A stretch of 64,000 bases of DNA from Amoebidium appalachense (taxonomy: Eukaryota; Protista; Ichthyosporea), in the NCBI GenBank assembly GCA_963693365.1, contig CAVNZM010000009.1:4901745-4965744 (forward strand), read 5' to 3'. The translations under genes were made by a program, and so were the position numbers. The notes below the pieces were generated by a model. The model saw only the letters and a list, made by a program, of their open reading frames with translations, was not told the origin of the DNA and searched no databases. This document shows positions 31,717 to 45,001 of the stretch, in pieces. Every line of letters begins with the position of its first letter. The first letter of the stretch is position 1.

Positions 31717-33392
31717 ATGGTTCCCTCTACCACCTCCTCCCAGAGCTGCTATTCGAGATTCTACGCAAACTACCCACTGCCGACCGGCTTTCGTTTTCGC
31801 TCGTGTGCCGCTATTTTAACCAACTAGCCCGGTCGCCAGATGCTGGTACAATCACAATACATATCCCGGCAGTGGCGCACGTTGGGGTACGGCACGGAGG
31901 AGATACGATTTGGCGAGATTTGGAGACGTTCAAGCCGTGGGAACCAGCGGTAGGGAATGTAATCATCGATGTTGTAGAGTTCGCTGCTGATGTTATCAAC
32001 CACTCCCCAACAGAACGGAAGGCGTTATATGGTTGGCTTGGCGCGATACTGTCCCGCCTGGATCTAGTCTCCATACACGTGAAATTCGACTGGGAAACAG
32101 ATTTACGTTCAGATTCGCCATCACATGATGACTTTGTGTTCAGCAATGTTGCTACGATCCTCGTCCACGCAAACAGTCGGTTTGGGTATGCCAACCTGAG
32201 CAGTTTTGAACTTTCACTTTCGGCCCTTGATACGCCAGATCGTGCAGCTGAGTTGATTTCGTCGTTTGTGGCAAACCATGCAGACACCCTTCGCTCTTTG
32301 GTTGTTAGGCAGGGGTATACATCACTTGATAAAATAGCTAAGCTTCGGGAGCTAACATGCCTTGAATTGTTCGAAATCGACGGCTATGAATCCGACCCAT
32401 CCTCTGTAGGTGTTCCGGCTCCAACGATTTTGTCGCTCGATAACCACCCGCGCCTACACTCGCTTCGTTTAAGCAACATGTCTCCGCTCGATGCTATCCG
32501 GTCTTCCTCTGTGTGCAGCCATCTTCAAAGTGTGATATTGTTCAACTGCGGGAACTTACACGACGTGAGCGGGCTGTCTTTTTGCAGCAACCTGGAAGAA
32601 CTTGCGCTTAGTGCTCTTGCATGTCCAGGTCTCGGCAATGTAGTTTCCACACTGACTTCGATTGTTAAACTCATACTCCACTACATTACGAGTGTCGATT
32701 TCACGGTATTTTCTCTCAAACATCCGCATCTACGTACCATTCACATCGAAGCCTGCGATTTCTTGGTGGAGTTTGGCGGGGACTTTGCAAGTGCACCAAA
32801 GTTGGAAAACATTACACTTCAATCGTGCTCTTCCCTCACAAACATTACTGGGCTGCGGTATATTCCGAGCATCCAAACATTCGACATACTTGACTTACCA
32901 CTTAGCACATTATTCCCACTCAACCACCCACACTTGCGCTCAATCTCCATCACTGACTGTGAATCACTCACCACTCTATGGGACGAGGGGGACGAAGTGT
33001 ACGCACCGGCACTATCAAAGCTCAGTATTCGTGGATGTGAGCAGCTCGTTAGGTGCTTCGGTCTTGAAAGTTTTGGGCACGAGTCCATACATGCACCTTC
33101 ACTATCCATCGTTGAATTGGTCTCGTGTGATTCGCTTTCGGACATTTCCGCGCTCGCTGGCATATCGTCAATCCAAACACTGACGCTCTATCACCTTCCC
33201 GAACTGCGCAATATCGAGTGTTTTCGAAACCACCCGAATTTGAGAGATGTAAACATTGATGGGCTCGACCATTTCGACCTTACGGTGCTCGCAACGTGTC
33301 CAAACATAACACTCGAGTCTCTCCATGGTGCCTTTTATTCGGAGAGAATGAGTGAGTTAGAACAAGCAATACGAGTGAGGGACCAACACTGA
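31717..33392 (+). CDS. F-box / leucine-rich-repeat protein, large terminal exon; start exon not located
   Basis: The frame upstream of the listed GTG reads LYHLLPELLFEILRKLPTADRLSFSLVCRYFNQLAR, matching the F-box consensus, after a pyrimidine-rich CACAG acceptor ending at 31716. The C-terminal half has LxxLxLxxCxxLxxI-type LRRs. Confidence 0.85.
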
Positions 33393-33660
33393 ATCCGGTA
33401 GTTATGGCCCTCCCCCCCTCCCCCCCCCCCCCCCCCCCCCCCCCCCACCACCACCACCACCACCACCACCGTGCACCACAACAACCACCGCTCGCCCTAC
33501 CCCGTCCCTCCTCTGAGACTCCTCCCCGAAAGCACAAATACACAATGAAGTACTTCATAACACGCACACTCATTCACGTGCAAGAATCCACTCACACGCA
33601 GACATAAAGCAACACACGCACGCTCGCATATACACACACAGACACACACACACACACACG

Positions 33661-33694
<34 letters not shown>

Positions 33695-33742
33695 CGCGCG
33701 CGCAGAGAGAGACTGTGTGTGAGAGAAAGGGGGGGGGGGAGG

Positions 33743-33795
<53 letters not shown>

Positions 33796-34209
33796 TGTGT
33801 GTGTGTGTGAAAAAAATTTATCAGAAGGGGGGGGGGGGGGGGGGAGACACCCACACAAGTTGGAGGGGGGGGGGGGGGGTTGGCGGCTGGAGGGTCTGGG
33901 GGGTGGGGGAAGGGGGGAGGCGGAAGCCAGTGGAAGATGCCACTAATTGATTGAATGTTGTGTGGGTCGTTCCCATAATGGGAAACCCTGCATTTCTGAA
34001 ACGATCTATTTCAGCTCCATGCAACTTACTGGCCTTGATCGTTGTTCCCTGTGGAAGAACATGCATCAGTTTTATTGTCACGGAATGCACAAATGAAGTA
34101 ACAAAAAGCGGGCTAGAGCTGCCATTAGGGCTTATAGCTTGGTGTTGTTTTGGGTTTGATGCGGAAAGAAAAGGTGGGTGTCAGTAAGGCCCCCTTTTGA
34201 AAGAGGGGT

Positions 34210-34307
<98 letters not shown>

Positions 34308-34406
34308 GCACGTGCGCGAGCGTGCACGTGTGTGTGTGTTTTTTTGGTTGTTTTAATTTTTTATTATTATTAGATATTTTTTTTGGGGGGGGGGGGGGGG
34401 GAGGGG

Positions 34407-34438
<32 letters not shown>

Positions 34439-34581
34439 AGGGGGAGTTACACTACCGAGTAAGGGGGTATAGCAAACTGGGGGGGGTGGAGGAGGGCAAG
34501 GGAGAGCTCGAGACAGTTCAGTTAGTTAAGGGCCTTTGTTTACCCCCCCCCCTTTCCCCAAACAAAAAAAAAAAGGGGGAA

Positions 34582-34614
<33 letters not shown>

Positions 34615-35278
34615 TGGCAGGGTGTACCAGCAACTTCAAAGCATTTGCTCACACTGGTGGGCCATCACAGCTCGGTGTCACCCATACGGCCTGGGATAGA
34701 CACGGTGCAGGCCCCAGATTCTGATTACGATCATAAGGGATGGCAAAGCCTTAGGGCTGCAATGCAGACAATTGGCATGTGTTGTGTGGCCCAGGCATGG
34801 TTGGGTTTTGTTGATCGGTTGGTAGCGCGCGCGGGTGCTCTGGCCATTATTGTTGTTCTCCTATGTTTCTTCCTCTCTGGTTATGTATAGAGTTTCATCG
34901 CTAAAATGTCTTATCACATTGTATAATATTCAGTTGTTACATTGGGCTTCTATGACCTCTATTTATACTGCAACTAACTACAGAGGGTTGATTTTTCTTC
35001 ATTCTAATATTCGAGTATCATCATGCTGCTTAGTTTCTCGTTTTAGGGTTTTTCTTTACTGAGCTTATCCTTATACGGTCATCTGGGTGAATTAGTGTTG
35101 CATGGGAAACACAATGATTGGCTTGCTTAGGTGTTAGCTCTGGGGGTGATGTATGATGTAATATGCTTCTGTTTCGAGTGCAATCTGTTTAAGCGCAAAA
35201 CCCGATAGGAAGTAAAAGCCGTGGTGCCAAGTCTTATGTATAGTCGAAGTGTTGTTGTTGTATGTTTTTTTGTTTTTT

Positions 35279-35338
<60 letters not shown>

Positions 35339-35792
35339 TCATCATAAGGGCAAACGTGTGTTTTGTTTATGCTTATTTTGCAATGTGCTCACGTTAAACT
35401 AGTTCTTATTCGGCTGGTTGACAATATCCCGGTTGATGTGAGCACCTTGGAGTTCGTGATTTTTGACGGTGTGTGATAGAAATATTGATGTAATTCGTGG
35501 TATATACCGATGGTACTACCACCGGTCTACAAATACGGCCGGTCTATATTAAGATATGACCTCTAGTACTCGCCTTTTAATGTGCACACGGATCATCCCC
35601 CCCCCCCCCCCCCCCCCCCCTCTCTGGGCCAATTTCCATGCATGCGCATATGGAGGGAATTATGACTAATAGACTAAAAAGTTATATTTGTGTGTGTGCA
35701 TCACGGTGCACATGTGCGTAATTGTGTCGGGGTGGCATGAGTACAAGAGCGAGGGTTTCGAAAGGTTGCTTTATCCCTCCCTCCCCTCCCCC

Positions 35793-35823
<31 letters not shown>

Positions 35824-35992
35824 ACCTCCCCCCCCCCCCCCCACCCACCCCCATACCCGAGGCTTCATATTATGCATGCATGCGCCGAGGAGTTATATCT
35901 GAGCCTCATAGTGCGCTGGATGCACATGTGCGTGTTTGCCTTGAGGCGGCAAAGTCAAGAGGAAGAAGTTGAATTTGCAGAGACGAACGCTT

Positions 35993-36027
<35 letters not shown>

Positions 36028-36575
36028 GGCTCTTGATTATCCTTGTTTCGTTAGTTTCTTCCTTTTTGGTCGTTTTGTGTTTCTTTTGTTTTCTCCTTTT
36101 CTTTTCTTTTTTCTTTTCTTTCTTTCTTTCTTTTTTGTGTGTGTGTGTGTGGGAGCGAGGGAGGGGGAAGGAGGGGGGGAGGGGGGTGGGGGGGTGGGGG
36201 GATGGTCACTTACTCGGTGGGGTCGTGACTCTTTCTCCGCCCCGCTCCTCCCGAGCTCCAATATTCCCCCCCCCCCCCCCCCCCCCCCCCTGTGGCGCAC
36301 ACACAATGCTTTATAAGAATTCCCAACTGATGAAGAAAGTTTATAAATGTAACTATAGAACGGAAGTGTGTCAATTTTGCTTGGTTTATTGATGTGAAAA
36401 AAATGCGCATGTCATAAGGTTTAACAGAGGCGGGTTGATACTTGATTGACTCTTTTTTTAACTGGTATCTTATGAATCGTATTATCAAAAGGCCTCTGCA
36501 ATAAATTGATCTAGAAGTTGGGACAGAGAGTCCGGTTTGTACGGCTTGGTGTACTGTATTCCAGCCTCCCCCCGC

Positions 36576-36606
<31 letters not shown>

Positions 36607-37118
36607 AAAAAAGAAAAAAAAAACAAAAAAAAACCCACCCCCTCCCCGCCCCCCTTCGGATCTCGTCCCCCCCCCCCCCCCCCCCCCCCCCACCGCCCCT
36701 CCCCCCTGCCTCCCCTCCCCCCCCCCTTCCCCCCCCCCCGTCCCCCCCTCTTCCTCAGTCCCCACACCACCAACATACATTAGTCATCGCCACCACCAGC
36801 TAATTCCTCACCCACACATCTATATCCATGCACAATACGAACTTATATCTACACACACCACAGCCCCACCCGGCACAATCGCACATGCACAAATCAATTC
36901 TTTAATCAAACAAACAATTGTACGAGTATACACATACACAGCCAACAGGCAAAATCGGTCCGGCTCCTCTTGTGAACAACCCCAACTTCCTTTGCCCCCC
37001 CCTCCCTCCCCCCCCCCCCCCCCCCCCCCTCCCCCCGTTTCGTGCAAGTGAGTATGTCTGTGTATACATGGGCGGGGAGGACGGGGGGGGGGGGGGGGGG
37101 GGGGAGGGGGGGGGGCGA

Positions 37119-37187
37119 GGCAGTAGTAAAAATAGCCCCAAAACCACCTGCCCATCCTTCTCCCTCCCCCCTCCCCCTTCCCCCCCT

Positions 37188-37219
<32 letters not shown>

Positions 37220-38106
37220 CCTCCCATCCCCTGTCGCTAACCGTTACGGTAGTAAGGATTGTGTCAGGCACTTGTGTGCCCCCCCCCCCCCCCCCCCCCT
37301 TCCACCCCCTCCCCACTTCCGCCCTCCCTGCCCCCCCCCCCCCCCCTTCCCCCCCCGCCTTCTTCTCCCCTCCCCCCCCTCCCCCCCCCCCCCCCAAAAA
37401 AAAAAAAAAAAAAAAAATCAAAAAAAGAACACAGTAACAACCTCTTCTTCCTTGTGCAATGGAGTGTGCAAGATGGAGACCGTGAGAAAAAATGGGAACG
37501 ACAGGATCCTCAGTGAGAGAAGGGGTGTGTGTTTGCGCATGTGTGCGTGCGATGCATGAAGGTGCAAGCTCATTCGACAGCATATGTGCGACTTGCAGGC
37601 AGGGCATACAAAACTTGCGTGCCACATATTACTGTTGCGTACCACCAACACTGTCAACCTGTCCGTGTGCACTATGTGCATGCATCTGTATGTTTATGTT
37701 TGCTCTTGTGCTTGTGGGTGTGCGTGTGTGGTGTGCGGTTGTGCGCTTGTACATGTGTGTGTGTGCGTTCGTGCGTGTGCTCGTAGGTGCGCAAAGGCGT
37801 GTGTCTGACCTGCATACGTGTGTGTGTGCGTGTTCGTGTGTGTGCACACGTGTGTGTGTTTGTGTGTGTGTGTGTGTGTCACGGTTCGTGCGTGCGTGCG
37901 TGTGTTCGTGTGTGTGTGTGTGGATTTTGCTGTAGCGATATCTGCATGCTATGTCATTAGGGCAAATATAAACCCAGACGTTTCATTGGGTCAGACTTTA
38001 TTGCTGATTCCGCATCGAATTACTATCAATAATATAACATCACCGAGTTACATACTGCAGTTGGGAAAGAAAACCATACGTTACTTTTTTTACACTGCTC
38101 AGCCCC

Positions 38107-38138
<32 letters not shown>

Positions 38139-39045
38139 AAAAAAAGGATAAGATAAAAAAATAAATAATAACTGAAATAAAAAGCACCTATCCCATTCCG
38201 AAAAGTCCTACACATACTGCCAAATGCGCCACACATTTGGGAAGTCTTGCTCGGGCTAGGATGGCAGAGGGCAGCCCGGACTCATGATGGCATCTATTGG
38301 TGACTAGGAGAGGTAACTTCGTGCGAATTAAAGGAAAGATGGATTAAGCTCCAACTTTACCGTAGACCTACCGTAGATTATTCACGGGTTTTGCTCCGTA
38401 CGTGTGTATCCCATAACGCACACGTGCACAAACTTGCATAAGAGATAAGAACGTGTGTCTGCCTGTGTGCTTTTGCACGTTTTCTGAATATGCCCCCTTT
38501 CATTGAAGTAACCGTTTAAAATCGTTAAACTGTTGGCCAGCATATCTAACCCATAGGTATATCCAACGAATATCCCATTATCTCATTAACCTTCCACCAC
38601 AAGAATTTCAGGTCTCTCTGTTTGGTTGTATCGGTTAGGAGGACAAATCTCTCTTTCTGCTGGGTGTTGGGTTTCCCTCCACCTCACCTCAGCTCTCCCA
38701 CATTCCCGTGTCCCCCCCGCTCCCCCCCTCTCCCCCCCCCCACACACACTCGCATACGCGCACACACACATGGGCACGCTCCAGGACCCTGCCCCCTCCT
38801 ACACCCCCCTTCCCCCCCCCCCCCCCCCCCTACTCGGCCACTCCCCCTCCCCTTTCCCAAACACACACACCCACACACAGACACCTCCCTTTTCACCTAC
38901 ATAGTGTGCCACTGTGGAATGCTTGCCCGCCCTGTGCATTGGTCTGACTCTGGGCGTGTAGTGCAACTTACGATGTGTGCCTACGACGTGTTCCATCCAA
39001 CTCCCACACTGTGTGCCATATTGTAAACGTCTGTTTTAGAGCCGT

Positions 39046-39087
<42 letters not shown>

Positions 39088-39100
39088 CGTACGTGTGTGT

Positions 39101-39193
<93 letters not shown>

Positions 39194-39242
39194 AGAGCTG
39201 TGTGTGTGTCCCAGAATAAGTGTTTGGAGGTTGTGGGGGTGA

Positions 39243-39338
<96 letters not shown>

Positions 39339-40980
39339 TGTGTATGTGTGTGTGCGGGCGTGTGCGTGAGGGTGCCCGTGCGCGCGCCCGCGCTCGTAGG
39401 TGCACAGTTGTATCGTTGAACCATGAAGAGTGTGCGTGTACGTGTGCATCTTTTTGTGTAGTGTGCAGGAGAGGTTTAGGCGAAGGGCAAGAAGAAACGG
39501 GGGGGGGGGGGGGGGGGGGGAGGGGGAGGGGGGACTAAGTGAGAGTGACTCAGAAACAAAACAGGCATGTGAACGCGGGGGAAAGCGGGGGGAAGGGAGG
39601 GGGAAAGAGGGAGAGAGAGAGTTTGTGTGTGTTTGTGCGTGGCTGTGTTGCGCGCTGTGTGGGTTACATAGCGTAAAGGAGACCGAATAACGGGAGAGTG
39701 AAGGAGGAGGGGGCAGGCCTGGCCGGGAGGCACAAACCCGTCATCTGCGATGTGGCGCCTATCTGCATCCCCCTGGCGCCTGGTGTCACTCTGCAGGGCC
39801 GCTTCACGTGCACACAGAAACGCCCTCAAGCAGCGGCATTTTCGGCGCCTAGCTAGCGTCTCCGAGGAGGTCCCACTGAATCACAGAAAGGCACAGAGGT
39901 GATGTGATCCTGAGCCTGCGAGAGAGCCTACGTGCAATGAAAACGAAGAGTGTAGGCCCACGGTGGGATAAAATGACTAAATGAAACAGAGAACCACCTG
40001 CGTGCGAACGTTTGAGTGCTTGACCATGGGGTCATCTTGAACACAAAATGGCCGTCACCAGCTTGGTGGCTCTAACATAGGTTCAAATTATGAGAACTCG
40101 CGCTCAATTGCAGCTGAGCTCTTTCGCTGTCGAGCGCGCACTATCAAGCGCACACTGTGCACACGGCGCACACGGCGGCGCAGCTAAAACTCTCCTTCCG
40201 AAACGACTCGGTCATGTGCACGCGCCAGCTCGTACCCTCGCCACTGCCAGAGTAGACTTCAGCGCACCAGAAATATTTCCCGCCAAATTTGTGATTTGCG
40301 TAAAACGGGTCCGGATGACCTCATTAGTTAAACTGGATTCGTTCACAACGCACCACATTATAGCCATATAAAGAAAGTGTGCACAATTGCAAAGCACCAT
40401 ATTGTATCCATATAAGGGAAGTGTGCAAAAAAAAAAAAAAAGACAGCTGCCGCTGCCGGCCTTGTCACTTAGGAAAGTTCCGAATAACTGCGGTATTGTT
40501 GCCTCTCTCCTCGAGCGGCTCTTGCCCCATTTTTCGTGTTGTGAAGTTAACAGAGAACAGTAGGATTCACTTGCTTGAAAGTGGCGTTATAACTTCAACT
40601 TATCATTAACGCTTCTATATCATTTGAAGAGAGCATCTCAATTGTCATGCTTACACTGCATTCCCTGCTCTGCGCGCACACAGGAAAAGGTATTCCTTCT
40701 TCTAAGCTTCTTCTTTCTTCCTTCCTTTCTTTCTTTGTCCCCTTTTTTGGAGATTTTAAATGTGATCCAGTAATCTTTGGCAGAATCTTTAGCAGGGCAC
40801 ACCAAACGTGGAACACCGTGCTAGCAGCAGATCCTAACTTATTTTCCAGCAACAATCAACAACAAAAAGGGGGGGGGGGGAGGATGAGGTCTCTCGGGCA
40901 TTTCTAAAGCCTTGATACTTGACCGTGAGAAATGGAGAAAAACTCTTGAATGATGACGTAGGCTAGTCGCACTGCTCTGG
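37119..40980. repeat. Copy B of the degenerate multi-kb repeat, same orientation as copy A
   Basis: Block-by-block similarity to 23560-26336 plus 30043-30560, with many substitutions, indels and different microsatellite lengths. Confidence 0.85.
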
Positions 40981-41078
40981 GAGGAAGGAGAGCGGATTTG
41001 CCCATGGTGCTTTGCCTTACACACTATGGTTTTGAAGTATGAGACAAATATAGATTAAGTATGAGTATTTTCTTTATT

Positions 41079-41253
41079 TTATCACGTTTTGTTCCCGGAG
41101 GGCCTGAAAAGGCCCTCTAGGGAAACTACCGTCTACCACACAGCACCGACAGTACACTAGTTAAGGTGCTATCTATGAGTTCAGCTAAGCTAAACCATCC
41201 TTCACAACCTACCTATAAGTACACACTTTGCCCAGGGCTACTACCCCAGCCAC
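41079..41253. repeat. 175-bp direct repeat, copy 1, with GC hairpin (loop GAAA)
   Basis: Nearly identical to 42679-42853. Confidence 0.95.
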
Positions 41254-42055
41254 GCCGGCAGGAGGCTCCAGTCCTCCCCTCCATTCAAAACCTAGCAATA
41301 AACGTTAACCGAGGGCTCTCATTGGTCGATCTACAGTATTGGGAAGTCCTAAGTGTTGTGTATAGTATTTACGGTGGGTATGGGTGGATTATGGGGTGTG
41401 GTGGTGGTGGTGGTGAGGGGTTGCTGCCTAACATTATGTGTTGTTGTGCGTATGTTGTGGCGATGTTTTTGTAAACTAAAAGGTGGGTTTTACAGGGCAC
41501 AGTGGGTCTGTGTGTGTTCCGGCAGCCAGAACAGGCTGGCCGGGTTGGGGGGTGTATTTGTGTGTGTCTTGGGTTTTTGGGGAGCCATACTTTTCTTTCT
41601 ACGGGTGGTGGGTGTATGGTGGTGTTTTTGCATTTTGGGGTGGGTGGGGGGGGAGTGTTGTCTTCCGTGGGTGCCAAATTTTTGAAAAGAAAAAGGACTG
41701 CAACTCTACTGTGATTTTTCCTAAGATGGCCCGGGTGGTGGTCTTGGTGGTGCCGGTGGCTGCAAGTAGTGGGCCCACCGATCGTGGGCAGAATCCCTGT
41801 TCGACCCACTTGATGTCTTCAGGGTCTGGTGGGTCACCGTTGCCTCCTATCCAGTTTATCCATGCATATTGGTAATGCACCGGCAGGTGTACACCACATT
41901 GTGCCACATGTACAGGTGTACATTATACGATCAATAACTGTGACATTATGATATATGTAATCTCGACAAATTTAAATAGTTGCTTGCATCTGAATATAAC
42001 TTCACACACACAAGAAAACACACACACGAATTCACGCACTTTTGAACAAGCACAA

Positions 42056-42090
<35 letters not shown>

Positions 42091-42128
42091 AAAAAAAAAA
42101 AAAACACCCCCCCACACACACGCACGCA

Positions 42129-42160
<32 letters not shown>

Positions 42161-42240
42161 CGCACGCACGGACGCACACACACACACACACGCACACACG
42201 CACACACGCACACACGCACACAAGCACGCACGCACACACG

Positions 42241-42278
<38 letters not shown>

Positions 42279-42540
42279 GTGCACAGACGTGCACACACGC
42301 ACACACACACACACACACACACAAAAATTTAAACACGCGACACATACGTACACATGCACACACAGATACACACACACATACAAAAACACACACACAGAGA
42401 CAGAGAGGGAGAGATAGACACACACACACACATGTATGTACACACACACACACAAACGCACACACGCGCACACAAAACACACACACACACACACACGTGC
42501 ACACACACACAAACAAACGCACTGTGACACACACAAACAC

Positions 42541-42665
<125 letters not shown>

Positions 42666-42678
42666 TTTATATTTATTA

Positions 42679-42853
42679 TTATCACGTTTTGTTCCCGGAG
42701 GGCCTTTTCAGGCCCTCTAGGGAAACTACCGTCTACCACACAGCACCGACAGTACACTAGTTAAGGTGCTATCTATGAGTTCAGCTAAGCTAAACCATCC
42801 TTCACAACCTAACTATAAGTACACACTTTGCCCAGGGCTACTACCCCAGCCAC
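42679..42853. repeat. 175-bp direct repeat, copy 2, with hairpin loop inverted (TTTC)
   Basis: Lies 1600 bp from copy 1 and differs by the loop inversion and one substitution. Confidence 0.95.
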
Positions 42854-42860
42854 ACACACA

Positions 42861-42926
<66 letters not shown>

Positions 42927-42982
42927 GTACACACACACACACACACGCACAAACACACACAAACATACACACACACACACAC

Positions 42983-43020
<38 letters not shown>

Positions 43021-44285
43021 ACACGGGGGATGGAACTATTACTCTGAATATTAATACGTGTTACAGTACACTACTCGCACAAATTTAAGTCAACACATGT
43101 ATGCATAAATCACTCCGATGGATCATCAAGGCGATAATAATAAGGCCTTCTTCTTGACAAACACCCAGAGTTGCAATAGGTGGACTTGGAGCGAGGTGGC
43201 GGGGGGCCGTGGGGGAGGGGAGGAGCAGGGCGTGACAGCAGGGGGGAACTGTACATGTGTCAGATCTCGACCCCGGCAACAAGCCCTGTCCGGAGCCCCT
43301 AGCTCCCTCCCCCACCCCTCCCTCTCCCTCCCCCCCCCCCCCCTCCCCCCCTCCCCCCTCCCCCCCCCCCCCCCCCCACCACCACTAGCCCTAGGCCTTC
43401 CTCCCTTCCCTCTGAGCTCACTGTCCCGAGCGAACGGAAATGCACGTGCACGGGCGTAGACGCGCGCACAGACCTCGATACATGCACATTGCACGCTTGC
43501 ACGATGTCGTCAATCATGCTTGGATGATCCGTTTGCAAGACTTCCTGTGTATAGAAAAGTCAATAAATAAACACAGAACGAATTGGCTAGGGAAGGAATA
43601 TACAAAGAATATAATTACCATTTATGTACAGGCATAGTTCTAACCAGATTTGTACCTTACATACGGCGCTACGAAGGCGTACAAATTTAGATGTACAAAG
43701 ATGTTCAAAGATGTCTGTACAATGTCAGTGAGTCACCAGCAAAGATCTAAACAATTTAAATCCTTCGACTCGATTGGCTTTCACACCAACAAGGCTCGAG
43801 CCTCAAACTGTATAATTGGCTCTTTCGAGATCCACGAATAGAAACATTTCCTTCGTGAGCCTGAATGACAGATAGTCAAAACATTTTTTGATTCGTCAGA
43901 TGATGACCTAAATGTACTTATGTTCTTTGATTGGTTGTGTGTTTTCCAGATCATGAGCCAGAACAATTCCTAATTTCCTTCGCGAGGCTGGTCGGCCAAT
44001 TGAAGATGACGGTGAAGTTCGCTAGTCAAACTGCCAGCACTAGAAAAAAAGAAACAAAATGATGCATATGGAACCATAAAGACCCAAAAGCGCGTAAAGT
44101 AGGCCAAATAATAACCTCATGCAGTTTTGTGTTGTAAAAATTAATCATATTCGGTAACACATGTCATACGAAGTCACGTTTCCCAATTCAATTTCTTCAA
44201 GGCAAAACAACAAACAAGTGAGCGAGAATTATCATTGGCGAGACATCACTAGCTGCAAATACCGACGCTTTGTCCAGTCTGGTGA

Positions 44286-44340
44286 GCCAATCGCAATGCA
44301 GAGTCCTCCATTTTGTGATCAGCCCCCAAAGTATATAAAC
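44286..44340 (+). promoter_or_regulatory. Putative CCAAT + TATA core promoter of transketolase
   Basis: AGCCAATC at ~44286 and GTATATAAAC at 44331-44340, about 140 bp before the ATG. The same 10-mer lies upstream of the 21865-22398 gene. Confidence 0.6.
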
Positions 44341-44474
44341 CCTCGACACTCCCAAACTTGGTCACAAATTGCATCGGTGTTTGAACTTGGGCTGGTCCGA
44401 AGTGTCAACTCCTCTTTTCCCCAAAAAAAAACTCTTGATATTTTTTACTTTTTCAGTCACCAAGAAACGCGAGA

Positions 44475-44913
44475 ATGACGCCCAACACAGTTACCGGTGT
44501 TACTGGCGACGACTTCGAGATGAAGTGCGTCAACACCATTCGGTGCCTCGCTGCCGACCTGCCCTCTGCGGCCAACTCTGGCCACCCCGGTAGGTTTCCA
44601 AAGATAAAAAGAAAGCAAAAAAAACAACAACTACAAAAAAACGACTATAGTATTTCATGATTATACAGCTATTTCACCCATAGCGTGCACAATCTTACTT
44701 AGATGCTATCTATGTGACTAGAGCACGCTTGCATGGTACACATACACACATGCTCATTTCAGCATGCGCTAGAGCGCAATTATTTTTATTATACATCAAA
44801 AGGCATCACATTGTTGTTATATCTACATGGCTTAACTACCCGTGTTTCCGTAATTTCCTAGGAATTTTTGCTTTGATTTTTGACACATGGGCACACGAAC
44901 ACACGCACGCAGT

Positions 44914-45001
<88 letters not shown>

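Noticed and set aside
41091-41126. Penelope-type hammerhead or Helitron 3' end (hairpin + CTAG)
   Set aside because: There is no CUGANGA core, the motif is lost in the flipped copy, and similarity continues well past CTAG.
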